Assembly: GCF_001194135.2 (NCBI RefSeq) | Contig: NC_069004.1 | Span: 19,464,343 to 19,528,342, forward strand | From: Octopus bimaculoides | Taxonomy: Eukaryota | Length of the DNA stretch: 64,000 nucleotides | Reading direction: 5' to 3' | Part shown: positions 1-11,660 of the stretch, one piece after another | How the letters are laid out: each line of letters begins with the position of its first letter | Numbering within the stretch: position 1 is the first letter of the stretch | The notes under the pieces: generated by a model | Told to the model about the DNA's origin: nothing | The model's input: the letters and a program-made list of their open reading frames with translations, nothing else | Databases searched by the model: none | Made by a program: the position numbers and the translations under genes

Positions 1-186
1 ATGGTTACTCTTCACAAATGTTTAATATAATGGCACCTGGAATGAAAAAGAATAATTACAATGTAAATTCTACGCCGCTGAAAACATATTAAGACTCTTA
101 GATCAGAAATTTTGAAAATTAAAGGTGTCTATTTACTTCCTGCATGTCTGTGTATATATTTATATATATATATATATGTCAGGTCA

Positions 187-1438
187 TTAAGAATGAAATG
201 TCCAATTTTCTTATGCACCAAGTTTGACACAATCGTTAACTCTAATGTTTTATCCTGACAATTCTTTATTTTACAACATTGAAGAGTTACATCATCACTT
301 TTCGAAATACAATTCATGGTGTCTGATTATATTGTGAGTTTTCTCTTGCAAATCAATTTTTGTGAACCCATCGATAGATAAAAAATTTGTGTTGTTTATA
401 AATATGAGTTCCATCATGGAACCAATGCATCCCAGACAGCTTGAAACATTAACAAGGTGTTTGGTGAAGATGTGGCGAATGAGCACCACTGTACATCAGT
501 GGTTTGAGAAGTTCAAATCTGGTGACTTTACTCTTGAAAATCAGCCCCATGGTAAACCTGAGACCAAAGTGGATAATGATGAGCTGGAAACTGTAGTGGA
601 AGCAGATACATTTCAAACTATGTGTGAGTTAGCAGCAAGGTTTGATGTTTCACTTCCAACTGTATTGGACCATCTGAAACAAATCAGCAAGGTAAAAAAG
701 CCGGACAAGTGGGTACCACACAAACTGAACAAGCATCAAATGACACATTGTCTTGAAACTTGCTGTTATTTGCTGTCACAGCATAAAAGTGAACCATTTC
801 TGCATCATATTGTTATGCGTGATGAAAAATGGATTCTTTTCAACAATAGCAAGCATTCTTCACAGTGGTTGGATAGAGACAAAGTGCCAAAACACAATCC
901 AAAAAGTGAATATTCTCCAAAAAAAGTTAATGGCGACTGTTTGGTGGTCCAGCACGGTTGTCATCCACTACAGCTTCACGAGACATGGTAAGTCAATTAC
1001 AGTGGATGTATACATTAATCATTTGGATGAAATGATGAAATGATGAATTAAACATCCGAAATTGGTCAATAGAGACAGGCCAATTCTCTTGCAGGACAAT
1101 TCTCGACCACATGTTGCACAAAGAATGCTACTCAAGTTACAGGAACTGAAGCTGGAAGTACTCTGTCATCCAATATATTCACCAGACTTTGCACCAACAG
1201 ATTGTTACGTTTTCCAGGCATTAATAAACTTCAAACCTGAAGAAGATGCAAAAACAGCCTTTCATGATTTCATCACCTCTTGCTCTGCAGAATTCTTCAC
1301 TGCTGGCATAAATAAGCTAACGATAAAGTGGCAAAATTGTGTTGATAATTTAGGTGCATACTTTGATTAATTGTATTGCTTTTTGTTCAGATAAAGTAAA
1401 ATATACTTTCAGTTCAAAATTGGACATTTCATCCTTAA
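187..1438 (+). mobile_element. Full-length but dead mariner DNA transposon (DD34D)
   Basis: 24-bp inverted repeats with 1 mismatch: attaagaatgaaatgtccaatttt at 186-209 and aaaattggacatttcatccttaat at 1416-1439. Flanks are CA and TA (TA target site). About 1.25 kb long and encloses transposase remnants. Confidence 0.92.
365..1370 (+). pseudogene. Frameshifted mariner transposase
   Basis: ORFs 362-991, 753-1043 and 1062-1370 together give the mariner motifs WVPHKL, DEKWILF, MATVWW and QDNSRPH...YSPDFAPTD. The second and third catalytic Asp are 34 residues apart. Several frameshifts and stops. Confidence 0.92.
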
Positions 1439-1482
1439 TATACATATATACGGTAGCAAATATTTTTACAAAATTTGGCTCA

Positions 1483-1551
1483 GTTACTGATGAGAATTTG
1501 CCTAGTAAATTATTTTATTTACTAAAAAAATTCGAAACCTATAGGTATAAC
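1483..1551 (+). ncRNA. Minimal type I hammerhead ribozyme, intact catalytic core
   Basis: Stem I gtta (1483-86)/taac (1548-51). Core CTGATGA at 1487-93. Stem II gaattt/aaattc with G10.1-C11.1 and inner tagtaaat/atttacta. GAAA at 1534-37. Palindromic stem III ACCTATAGGT at 1537-46. Cleavage triplet GUA, predicted cut after 1547. Confidence 0.85.
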
Positions 1552-1724
1552 CGTAAAAACAAGGTAAAAGTTTTTATTTTTTCATTCCCTTTGAAATTGC
1601 TTAAATTTTGTGGTTTTCAGTCGTTTTCACTGTCTTCTAGCATGTAGAAATTGCCTGTCATAGGTAATTTCTCTTGTGTTTAAATGTACACTATTTTATA
1701 TATACAGTATATATATATATATAT

Positions 1725-2255
1725 ATATGACAGGCTTCTTTCAGTTTCCACCTACCAAATCCACTCACACTTTGGTCAGCCCAAGGCTATAATAGAAGAG
1801 ACTTGCCTGAAGTNNNNNNNNNNNNNNNNNNNNNNNNNNNNNNNNNNNNNNNNNNNNNNNNNNNNNNNNNNNNNNNNNNNNNNNNNNNNNNNNNNNNNNN
1901 NNNNNNNNNNNNNNNNNNNNNNNNNNNNNNNNNNNNNNNNNNNNNNNNNNNNNNNNNNNNNNNNNNNNNNNNNNNNNNNNNNNNNNNNNNNNNNNNNNNN
2001 NNNNNNNNNNNNNNNNNNNNNNNNNNNNNNNNNNNNNNNNNNNNNNNNNNNNNNNNNNNNNNNNNNNNNNNNNNNNNNNNNNNNNNNNNNNNNNATATAT
2101 ATATATATATATATACACATCTACCAAATCCACTCACAAGGCTTTGGTCAGCCCAAGGCTATAGTAGAAGACACTTGCCCAAGGTGCCACGCAGTGGGAA
2201 TGAACCCGGAACCATGTGGTTGGTAAGCAAGCTACTTACCACACAGCCACTCCTA
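1725..2255 (-). mobile_element. tRNA-derived SINE, family A (Octopus OR/OK-like), interrupted by a gap
   Basis: Reverse complement of the head ggagtggctgtgtggtaag...ggttcagtccc...ccttgggcaagtgtcttc...gaaactgaaagaagcc, shared with more than 20 other copies in the window. Confidence 0.8.
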
Positions 2256-2532
2256 AGCAATCCCTCATATGTACATACATTTCTTCCTTCTCTTCTCCTG
2301 ACCTTGACTCCTTCTCCTGCTTCGCTTTTCAAATTTAGCACTCACCTTCATCAATGTCCTTATTAATCATCTTCTGGTCCTCTTTCCTTCTTCCTATCGT
2401 TTACTCTCATAATCCACACTAATATAGAAACAGGAACTTCAAATTCTTGCAACCACCAGACTAGTTTATTAGTACCTTGCACAGACTAGTATCCTGCACA
2501 GTACAGTATTAATGAACATGTATCAATTATAC

Positions 2533-2704
2533 CCGTGCTCTGCAACCGGCATGTCACGGCACAATGGTGTTCCATGAGACGATGCTAGGTGTGCCGCAGT
2601 GTAACCTGAATATAATATTTTCCCCTCTATTTTTAGTTCAGGTGTGCCACCGAATTTTGAAAAGAATAAGTGTACTGCAAGTGACAAAAGCTTACAGAGC
2701 ACTG
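2533..2704. mobile_element. hAT-type MITE
   Basis: TIR ccgtgctctgcaacc / gcttacagagcactg. 8-bp TSD aattatac / atttatac (7 of 8 match). Internal ggtgtgcc motifs. Confidence 0.75.
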
Positions 2705-2929
2705 ATTTATACTAATGTACAGGTAACTTTGCATGATTTCCAAAATGGTCATTATTATCATAGGTTATCTCCCTTATTTGCTGTCCAACATCAGTGATCT
2801 TGTAATCTCCCACTCATTTTTCTTTTTCTTTTTCTTTGTCCTCCTCCTTTTTTTTCTATTTTCTCTTGTTTTTCAACTCTTTTATATTTTCACTATTTCC
2901 AATCTGTCCATTCAGTTTCTTCTAAAAAT

Positions 2930-3290
2930 ATCATCAACTGAAGCATCAACACGAACAACACCACCAGCATCAATGCCACTAATACCATCGCCAACACCAA
3001 CACCAACACCACCAATACCACCACCAACAACAACACCAACATTAACACCATCATTATCATCACCACCACCACCACCACCACCTATACCACAATCAATACC
3101 ACCACCAACACCACTATCAATACCACCATTAACACCAACACCAACACAACTAAAACCACTACCACCACCACTACCAACACAACCGCCACCAACACAACCA
3201 CCACCAACACCAACACTTCTCCATATCATCACCATCACTTTCATCACCACTCACACAACCTTTGCACATCACCACCATCACCATATGCCG
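2930..3290. repeat. Degenerate (ACC/AAC/CAT)n low-complexity tract
   Basis: Visible trinucleotide array. It explains the Pro-rich and Gly/Val-rich ORFs on both strands. Confidence 0.9.
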
Positions 3291-3454
3291 AAAGCATCGG
3301 ATTTTCCTCTCTTTCTCAAGACAAATCAATTCATTTCACTTTTAAACGGCTTATAACTCCCTAACTGACAGCACAAACCATCCCTGGTGTCTTCTGATCC
3401 TTCTCTCTACTTTTTAGTCAAATTAATCATTTCCAGTTTGTTGTTATAGTTTTT

Positions 3455-3579
3455 CTTTTAATTGTTTCAGTCATTTGACTGCGGCCATGCTGGAGCACCG
3501 CCTTTAGTCGAGCAAATCAACAAACACACCAGCATCGGTTGTCAAGCGATGTTGTGGGGACAAACATAAACACACAAAC

Positions 3580-3625
<46 letters not shown>

Positions 3626-3785
3626 GACGGGCTTCTTTCAGTTTCCACCTACCAAATCCACTCACAAGGCTTTGGTCGGCCTGAGGCTATAGTAGAAGAC
3701 ACTTCCCCAAGGTGTCACGCAGTGGAACTGAACCCGGAACCGTGTGGTTGGGAAGCAAACTACTTACCACACAGTCACTCCTGTT
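3455..3785 (-). mobile_element. SINE family A, near full length with internal (TA)n
   Basis: Tail ttgtttcagtcatttgactgcggccatgctggagcacc through to head cttaccacacagtcactcc, with an internal deletion. Confidence 0.85.
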
Positions 3786-3799
3786 AGTATTTATTTTTT

Positions 3800-3965
3800 A
3801 TTGTTATCAGTGTGACTGTGTGATAAGAGTTTGCTTCTAAACCACATGGTCCTGATTTCAGTCCTGCAACATGGCACCTTGGGCAGATGTCTTTTACTAT
3901 AGCTCTGTGCTAACCAAAGCCCTGTGAGTAGATTTGCTACATGAAAACTAAAAGATATCCATCAT
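3800..3965 (+). mobile_element. SINE family A, 5' portion, diverged
   Basis: gtgactgtgtgataag...ttcagtcc...accttgggcagatgtctt...aaactaaaaga. Confidence 0.7.
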
Positions 3966-3982
3966 ACACACACACACACACA

Positions 3983-4031
<49 letters not shown>

Positions 4032-4044
4032 TTATATATATATA

Positions 4045-5289
4045 CAGGGTGTAACAGGTACTTTGGGACCATTTAAATATCTTTATTATAATTCGTGTAA
4101 CTTGGAAAAATCAAACACTGCAAATTTTGTTTATTCCAACTTATTGTGGAGTGTTTAGCATTTATTTCAATTCAATGTGACCACTAACTGCTTTCTTTAG
4201 CAATTCAATCCATTTATGAAATGATGCACATGCCTTAACTGTTTCTTTCGTTTTCACTTTATCAAATGCTTGCATGATCAAAACCTTCAGTGAAGACACA
4301 CAGTTGTGAGAAGTTGCGTTGGATATTGCTTCAACTGTGACCTATAGCCAAAAACCACACAGATTTAAATCTGGTGAACTAGGTGGTGGGGTGCAGATAT
4401 TTTTAGGAGCAAACATGGGCAATTCCTTCTTCAAACATTCTTGCACTCTTTTTAAAGAATGGGCAGGCACAGATTCCTGTACAAACATGACTTGACTTGC
4501 ATCATAATGCTTCCTAATCCAAGGTAACAATTTTGAGATACTCTGCTGCTGTGTTGACTTTAAGACCCACTTCAATAAAATGAGGAGGCATCAATTCCCA
4601 AAGACTATAATAGAAGCTGGATTCTTGCTATACATAGCTGAAGGAACTTGGGAATGGTCATATGCTATCGCTCGTGAGTTTTGACAGTTTACAACCTTGT
4701 CTACCATGAACTTCTTTTCATCCATGAAGATGCAGACGTTGCTACCACAATGTTTCAGATGTCTAAGAAGTTTGTGACTTCTTTCAGCTGAAATGGCTTT
4801 GGAGCGACTTGTTAGGATGTTACGGTGTCTCCCCATGAATGATTTCATATAGAAGTCTTGTCTCACAGCCCTAGAAATGGTCATTTTACTTATTCCTTAA
4901 TCTTGAGCCAACGTTGCTAGCAATTTTGACAGGTTCATCTCAATCGATCTTTCAAGTCCTGTTAAGAAGTGAGATGTGTGTTTTCAGTCACAAAGAGGAC
5001 TGTGAGGCTATCTTTGAACATCCTGACTTTTCTTCAAATTGGCAACAACTCTAAAAACAGTAGATTTGGCATACTTTGTGACTCTAACAATCTTCTCAGC
5101 TCTTTTGCTAGCACAGAATAATTCGGAGGCTTAATTCTTTATTAAAATCATAGTTTGTTCAATCTGAAATACAAAATAGTATAAGCAATTATTCAACCTG
5201 AAAAAATCTAAAATTTAGACTCCAACAAAATCTATATAATTAGAAGCATATCCATTTGAAATTTGTTCCAATTTGCCTGTTACACCCTG
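4045..5289 (-). mobile_element. maT-type (DD37D) Tc1/mariner transposon, full length, decayed
   Basis: Perfect 14-bp TIR cagggtgtaacagg / cctgttacaccctg with TA on both sides. Minus-strand remnants CIFMDEKKF and QESVPAH...PPSSPDLNLC. Motif spacing fits DD37D if a 2-codon insertion is allowed. Confidence 0.85.
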
Positions 5290-5313
5290 TATATATATGT
5301 ATATATATATGTA

Positions 5314-5355
<42 letters not shown>

Positions 5356-5469
5356 GGAGAGTCAAAATTTATATGCACCCTTCTTTTTCGATGCACTTGG
5401 TCTAGTGGTCCACACTGGTCCACACTGGTCCACACTGAGTTTTGGCTTAATTTCACCTCCTTGGTGACA

Positions 5470-5835
5470 GACACTGCCTCAGTCATTTGGAGCTAGAGAG
5501 GAACTTATGCTCCTATATGGAAAACAACAAGCAAAACATTTGCTGTGTGTACTTAGGCTTGTCAAGTTGGAATTTATTAACTACAAGCACGAAAAACAGA
5601 AAGAATCAAAATAACAGTGTACATTTATTATAAACACATTCTGCACATAAATGACACTGCCTCAGTCATTTCGTACTCGAAAAGAACTTATGTTCCTATA
5701 TGGAAAATGGCAGACAAAACATTTGCTGTGTGTACTAAAGCATGTCAAGTTGGAATTTATTAACTACGAGCACAAAAAGCAAAAAGAATCAAAATAATGA
5801 AGTGTACATTTATTTTTAACACATTCCAGCACATT
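5470..5835. repeat. Tandem duplication, period about 183 bp, two diverged copies
   Basis: gacactgcctcagtcattt...gtgtacatttatt starts at 5470 and again at 5653. It is preceded by (ggtccacact)x3 at about 5407-5436. Confidence 0.9.
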
Positions 5836-6343
5836 GACATTCACTGCAGGACTTTGTCTTGGTGAATGAATTTCTTCCCAAGAATTTGTGTTTAAAAACC
5901 CATCAAACTCCAAAATGACATCAGCTGACTATCACAGTTTTTTGGGCTTAATTTCACCTTCTCAACAACAGACAGTTACATTCTTTTTTGAATCAGAAGA
6001 ATCATTGTGAAATGGTTTTAACTTTCTAACATCTACAATGATTCTGACATTGGGGTAGCTGATTTTGGTGAATAGCCTACCAAAGTCTTGGGCCTTCAGG
6101 AGGAGGGGTTGTAATATTGAAAAGTAGAAGTGCTTGATATTGAAGTGGCTTTAATAATGTACTTACTTATAAGGTAAGGTTAACATGGGGTGGCAAGATA
6201 GCCCACACAATCCTCTCTGTAGAAATGTTGGTTTTCTTGTCCTTCCATCTTCCCACTGAGAGAATCCTGCCTTACAGATGCTGTAGACTATAAAGCCACC
6301 CTTACACCAGCTGATGGCATCACAAAATATTACAAGGCATTGA

Positions 6344-7310
6344 GTTGATAGCAGCATAATAGATAAGGCAATTAAGGGTATGAAGACAAGGAAAGCCCCT
6401 GAGCCATCGGGAATCATTGCTGAGATGATTAAAATTTCCAGTGGCATAAGATACAGCTTAGTCACCCATATAGTTAATCGGGTTATTCAGGAAGGCGCCA
6501 TCCCCTAAGACTGGTGTAGTAGTATTATAATTAGCTGTTACAAGGGTAAAGGTGATGCCTTAGATAAAAACAAGTACAGAGGTATTAAACTGTTAGACCA
6601 AGTCATGAAAATTACTGAAAGAATTATAGCTCGATTGATTAGAAATAGAATTAAGCTAGATGAGATGCAGTTTGGCTTTATATCTGGGAAGAGTACCACA
6701 GATGCTATCTTCCTTGTGAGACAGCTGCAGGAAAAGTACTTGGCCAAAAGTAAGCCATTGTACTTAGCTTTCATCAACCTGGAGAAAGCTTTCGACAGAG
6801 TTCCCTGCTCCATTATATGGTGGGCTCTAGGGAAGTTAGGAGTAAAGAAGAGGCTTGTTAGAGCTGTACAAACCATATACAGTGGTGCTGTCAGTAAGGT
6901 GAGAGTTGGCCATGAATACAGTGATGAATTTAGCATTCAGGTAGGGGTTCACCAGGGCTCAGTTCTCAGCCCACTCTTATTCATTATAGTCCTTCAGGCC
7001 ATAACAGAGGAATTCAAAACTGGGTGCCCGTGGGAATTGTTATATGCTGATGACCTTGCTCTTATTGCAGAATCTTTAGCAGAATTGGAGAAGAAATTCC
7101 AGGTATGGAAACAAAACTCAGAATCAAATGTTGCATGCAAGAAAGAAGACTATGTTAGTTTGGACATGTGATGCATATGAGGGAGACCCAGGAAGACGTG
7201 GGATGAAATGGTAAGGACCAATCTCAGGAAGTTGGGCTTCATGGAGGAAATGACAAAGGACTGAGGTGTCTGGCAATATGAAGTTCTTGTGAAGACTCAC
7301 CCACATCAGT
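6344..7310 (+). mobile_element. RTE-clade LINE fragment (reverse transcriptase pseudogene with internal deletion)
   Basis: One frame from 6344 reads DKAIKGMKTRKAP...KYRGIKLL...QFGF...DAIFLVRQLQEKY...KAFDRVP...GVHQGSVLSPLLF...LLYADDL, with one stop. After a deletion come the C-terminal RTE motifs FGHVMHM and GRPRKTWDE. Confidence 0.93.
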
Positions 7311-8073
7311 GAAACTGAGTTCTAGAAGCACTGTGTCCCCCACCCACACTTAACAAGAAAACTTCTCACACACTCTACCACAACAAACCAAACTACGACT
7401 CTACATCTCTTCTCTTCCGTACATTTCCACTTCATGCATTATGCTTACCTTCTACTCTTCAATCCTGTCCTCTTGGCCCTGTGCCACTGTATCATTGCTC
7501 TCTGCTTACCCCTGACCTGTGTGTTCTACCCACATGCCCTGTCTCACTGTACTATTGCTATCTGCTAGCCCCTGACTTGTGTGTTCCACCCACATGTAAC
7601 AAAACTTTTCACTCACCCTACCCCCAACAAACCAGTCAACACCTCCACATCAGTTTCTCACATTTCCTCCTTCATACACTATGCCTAGCTCTCACTCCCC
7701 AATCCTGTCCACACAGCCCTGTTCCTCTGTATCATTGCTATTCGGCAGCCCCATCGACTCTATACCCAGGTTTTCACCACTCATTCCCCCACCCCTCCAC
7801 ACTCTTTAGTCACACTCCCTTCACAATATCCTACCACTTATATTATGGTATTTAAACCTCAAGGGTATGCCCTGGCACTTGCCACCATCGATATCTCTCT
7901 CTTCCATCTCATTTATATTCTGATCCCTATCTCTTGTGATTATGCCCAGCACTTTGTCACCATTTCTATGCTGCTGTCGCCCACTCTTTCTTTCTCCTTC
8001 TCCTGCACTTTCTTCAGATTGGGTAACCATGTATTTCCCTTGCGGTAGCACATCTGTTTCTGTCTTCATTCCT

Positions 8074-8111
<38 letters not shown>

Positions 8112-8394
8112 AGGTAACCTTGTTACCTGACCAGAGACGTTCCTCTACAGCAAGATACCTGTTTCTGTCTCTGTCTCACTATAACCTTTCATCATCCGAC
8201 ACAAGATCATCTCCTCCAATGTCTCCTCTCCTCTTGAAAGTTTTTTTACTGAGTGATGATACATGAATGTCTAGTGTCGTCTTCAGTCACAATGGTCTTT
8301 TGTCAGCTGAAATATCTCATCTAAACAAGCCACAGCTACAGATGATAGCTATAGTTCACTACCTGAACTGGTTGATCCTGGCTATGGACACACA

Positions 8395-8680
8395 TAACTC
8401 AGCAGTTAGAGCAATGGGTAGTGAGTTCAATCCCAGACTGAGCTGTGAGTTGTATTCTTGAGCAAGACACTTTATTTATAGAAATGAATTGCAGCATCAC
8501 TGGTGCTAAGCTATATCAGCCTTGCCTTTCCCATGGATAATATTGGTCATGTGGAGAGGGCTGGCTGGTATGCATGAGCAACTGCTGGTCTTCCATAAAC
8601 AACTGTGCTCGGACTTGTGCCTCGGAGGGTAACTTTCTAGATGTAATCTCATGGTCATTCATGACCAAAGGGGTCTTCTG
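8395..8680 (+). mobile_element. Diverged tRNA/CORE-type SINE, distinct family
   Basis: B-box-like gagttcaatcccag, CORE-like tcttgagcaagacactt, tail cccatggtcattcatgaccaaagggg-like. Confidence 0.55.
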
Positions 8681-8699
8681 ATCCTGGCTATTGATAGTT

Positions 8700-8965
8700 T
8701 GTTGTCTGATCATCATCTGCTCAATACCAAAGTAATATTCACCATTGATTCAATAAATTCATTTACTGAAATAGTTCACATTCACCATGCTGCATCCCAT
8801 GATTTCAACATGCCCTACCTACCTCAGGCAATTTTAATTCACAGCTGGGACCATGACAAATGCTACAACTCCAGATCAGAGTAGACCTGGAAACAATAGT
8901 GGTTAAGAGATGGCTCCACTCTTCTCTAAACCTTGGAACTCCTGAACCAGGGTCCCACAACAGGA
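8700..8965 (+). repeat. Unclassified dispersed repeat, copy 1 (copy 2 inverted at 28260-28560)
   Basis: About 270 bp align by eye with the reverse complement of 28260-28560, for example catcccatgatttcaacat and ggaactcctgaaccagggtcccac. Confidence 0.75.
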
Positions 8966-9839
8966 TACAGTTTAAAGTCATACCCAAGACATATGTAATT
9001 TTTTGGATTCCCATGACTCTCTGTTGCCATTCAATTCAGTTATTACAAATTTTAATTAAGAGCTTGTCATGTAGTGAATCTTTCATTAGCTGATTACGTA
9101 ACCATGGACACCACCCCTATGAATGTGTTGCTGTTACCCTCTTGATAGAGCTTGATGATTTTGACTATTGACCTTCTGAGATTCCTCAGCTCAGCATCAA
9201 TGTAAGAAGCACCAATGGTTCAGTTTAGCTTTTATGCTACCTCTTCACAATCCACCATGCTGCAGTTCCATAGGATGTGGGTATTTCGAAAATACTTCAT
9301 GGAGAATGACAACTGTGTCCTACATGGAGAATGACAACTGTGTCCTACATGGCTATGGGCTGCCCTTTGGCAAGGCATAGCATCCATTCAACCACCCAGC
9401 CAAGAACGTAATTAGTGAGTTGGAAAAAATTTCATTAACATTAACTGATGATTATCCATACAATTAGAAGATGGGAACTCTTTCCAGTTATGTTAAACAC
9501 CTTAAAAAACAAGAAACAAGGGGGGAGAACTCCAATAATAACAGCTAATCGAAATTTCTGGAAAATACAGGAATAAAAACACTTTGGTTGTGATAAAAAT
9601 TCATGTATGATATTGAAATAGAGGTGGGAGAAGCCCAGTGGGAAATGAAAAGATGAGGTGGGGGAGGGGGTGCAGATTTCTCATTGAGAAAAAAGAAAGA
9701 GAGGGAAGTTATGGCAGAGATGGTACAAGTTCACTAAGATAGACAACACATGTTAAACAGCGTTTAGTTTGCTGAAGTATGCAGAGAAGGTGAGCAGCAT
9801 CTATTTTAGCAGCCAACATGATTCCACGCTGATTGTATG

Positions 9840-10008
9840 CGCACGCACACACATCTGCCTGTATATATGTCTGTGTGTTTGTGTGTGTGTGCATGTGTGT
9901 GAGTGTATGCGCGTGCTTGTATATGTGTATGTATATATGCCTCTATAATGTACACATGTATAATGTATACATATATGTATGTATATATGACTGTATAATG
10001 TGTGTGTG

Positions 10009-10086
<78 letters not shown>

Positions 10087-10147
10087 GTGTGTGTGGTGTG
10101 TATAAGTGTTTGCATGTGTATGTGCATGTATATAATTCTGTGTACTA

Positions 10148-10179
<32 letters not shown>

Positions 10180-10460
10180 ATGAAGAGATGTACATGTAGT
10201 TGTGTAGGTAGTGGCTTCTGAGTATCATGTGCAGTGGTGCATGTGTGTGTGTGTACGTGTGTGAGTGTGTAGTGGAGCGCATATACTTGTATGTATTTAA
10301 CTGTACATGTTGCTCTAACGCAGTATATGTGTCATGCGTGTATAGTAATGTATGTGTACATGTATATGTATAGCTGTGCATGAAGTGATGTGTGTGTGCG
10401 CACGTGCATGTAATTGTGTGTGTGTTGTGTACAGTGGAATGTGTATAGTAATATGTGTAG
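9840..10460. repeat. Compound (TG)n/(TA)n/(TAGA)n microsatellite block
   Basis: Direct inspection. Confidence 0.95.
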
Positions 10461-11019
10461 TGATGTCTGTGTGTTGGTGTTTGTGTTGTGCTGTTTGTAT
10501 GTAGCTGCCATTAGCTATACCTATTCAGCTAGCTTGCTTGCTAAGATGTCCACCAAGTGCGCCCACTGGCTACATCACTGTTTTGCCCGAGTGACCTATC
10601 TTAGTGAAGCTCTGTCATCTTTGATAGATAGAGCGAAAGAGAAGAAATAATGAATTGCACACGAGTGAAAGAGTGAAAGAGTGACTGACTGAGTGAGTGA
10701 CTGACTGACTGAGAATATTGAAGGAGAACAAGAGAGTGAGAGCATGAGAGTAAGGAAGTGAAGAGGCGACTTATCAAATATACAAAAGGTAATTTGTATA
10801 TCAAACACATAAAGAAGTTTTCAGTCACAGAGGAACTGTTCAACTTCAAACTGCAGAAAGATGATGCAGAATATCACAAGAGGATCTCAACACCTGACAT
10901 GAATTGGCTGGAAGAAGAAATTCTGTGAAATGTTGAGAATCACAAACAGAAAAATGGAACAAGGTTTAAACAGTAATATTAAGAATTATTGAAAGGAAAC
11001 AGAAATACTGTCATAATAA

Positions 11020-11265
11020 TGGCACAAGGCCAGCAATTTTAGGGAAGGAGAAAATCGATTGCATTAATCCCCAGTGATCAACTGGTACTTATTTTATTGA
11101 AAGAATGAAAGATAACCTCAGCAGAATTTTAACTCAGAACATGAGGACAGATGAAATGCCGCTGAGCATTTTGCCCAGCATGCTCATCATTCTGCCAGTG
11201 TGCTAATGATTTTGCTCAGCATGCTCACCATTCTGCCCAGCATGCTAATGATTCTGCCAGCTCAC
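11020..11265 (-). mobile_element. SINE family B (tRNA head, Deu/Nin-domain-like centre, (ATT)n tail)
   Basis: Reverse complement of gagctggcagaatc...gttctgagttaaaattc...aataagtaccagt...cttgtgcc. The head carries an expanded repeat of about 21 bp. The Deu/Nin assignment is an inference from the motif gcctttcatcctttcggggtcgataaa seen in sister copies. Confidence 0.75.
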
Positions 11266-11369
11266 AGCCTTAAATATTGTCACAATATTAATGAGTTCTA
11301 TGTTGGTAAATACACACACACATACATGTATAGACACACAGACACAAATGTCGTTATCATCATTAATCG

Positions 11370-11660
11370 TCATCACCATCATTATTTAATGTCCGTTTTC
11401 CATGCTAGTATGGGTCGAACACTTTGACAGGATCTGGAGAGTCACAGAGCTATGCAGAGCACCAGTGTCAGCTTTGGTTTGGTTTCTACAGCTGGATGTC
11501 CTTCCTAATGCTAACCACTTTCCAGAGTGTACTGAGTGGTTTTTCATACCATCAGCCCCAGGGAGGTAGCTTTGATATGGTTTCTATGGCTGGATTCCCT
11601 TCCTATTGCCAATCATTTTACAGACCCTACTGGGTGCCTTTTTGATACCACTGGAGGTAC
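11370..11660 (-). mobile_element. Family C repeat (RTE 3' tail derived, ends in (GAT)n)
   Basis: Shares tttccatgctagcatgggt...ctacagctggatgcccttcctaa with the 3' end of the RTE at 24848-25138. Further copies at about 15190, 18665, 19095, 22485, 22730, 27655, 39140, 39720, 40690, 43560 and 52765. Confidence 0.8.

Noticed and set aside
1725-2180. Apparent tandem SINE duplication across the first gap
   Set aside because: It may be one locus assembled twice and cannot be resolved without reads.
2733-3356. 207-aa Pro/Thr-rich ORF and its antisense Gly/Val-rich ORFs
   Set aside because: Translation of an (ACC/AAC)n low-complexity tract with no domain or splice support.
9298-9352. 25-bp perfect tandem duplication
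   Set aside because: Ordinary local slippage with no further structure.
10825-10928. Exon-like frame VTEELFNFKLQKDDAEYHKRISTPDMNWLEEEIL and stop
   Set aside because: Short pyrimidine tract, no homology recognised and no linked exons.
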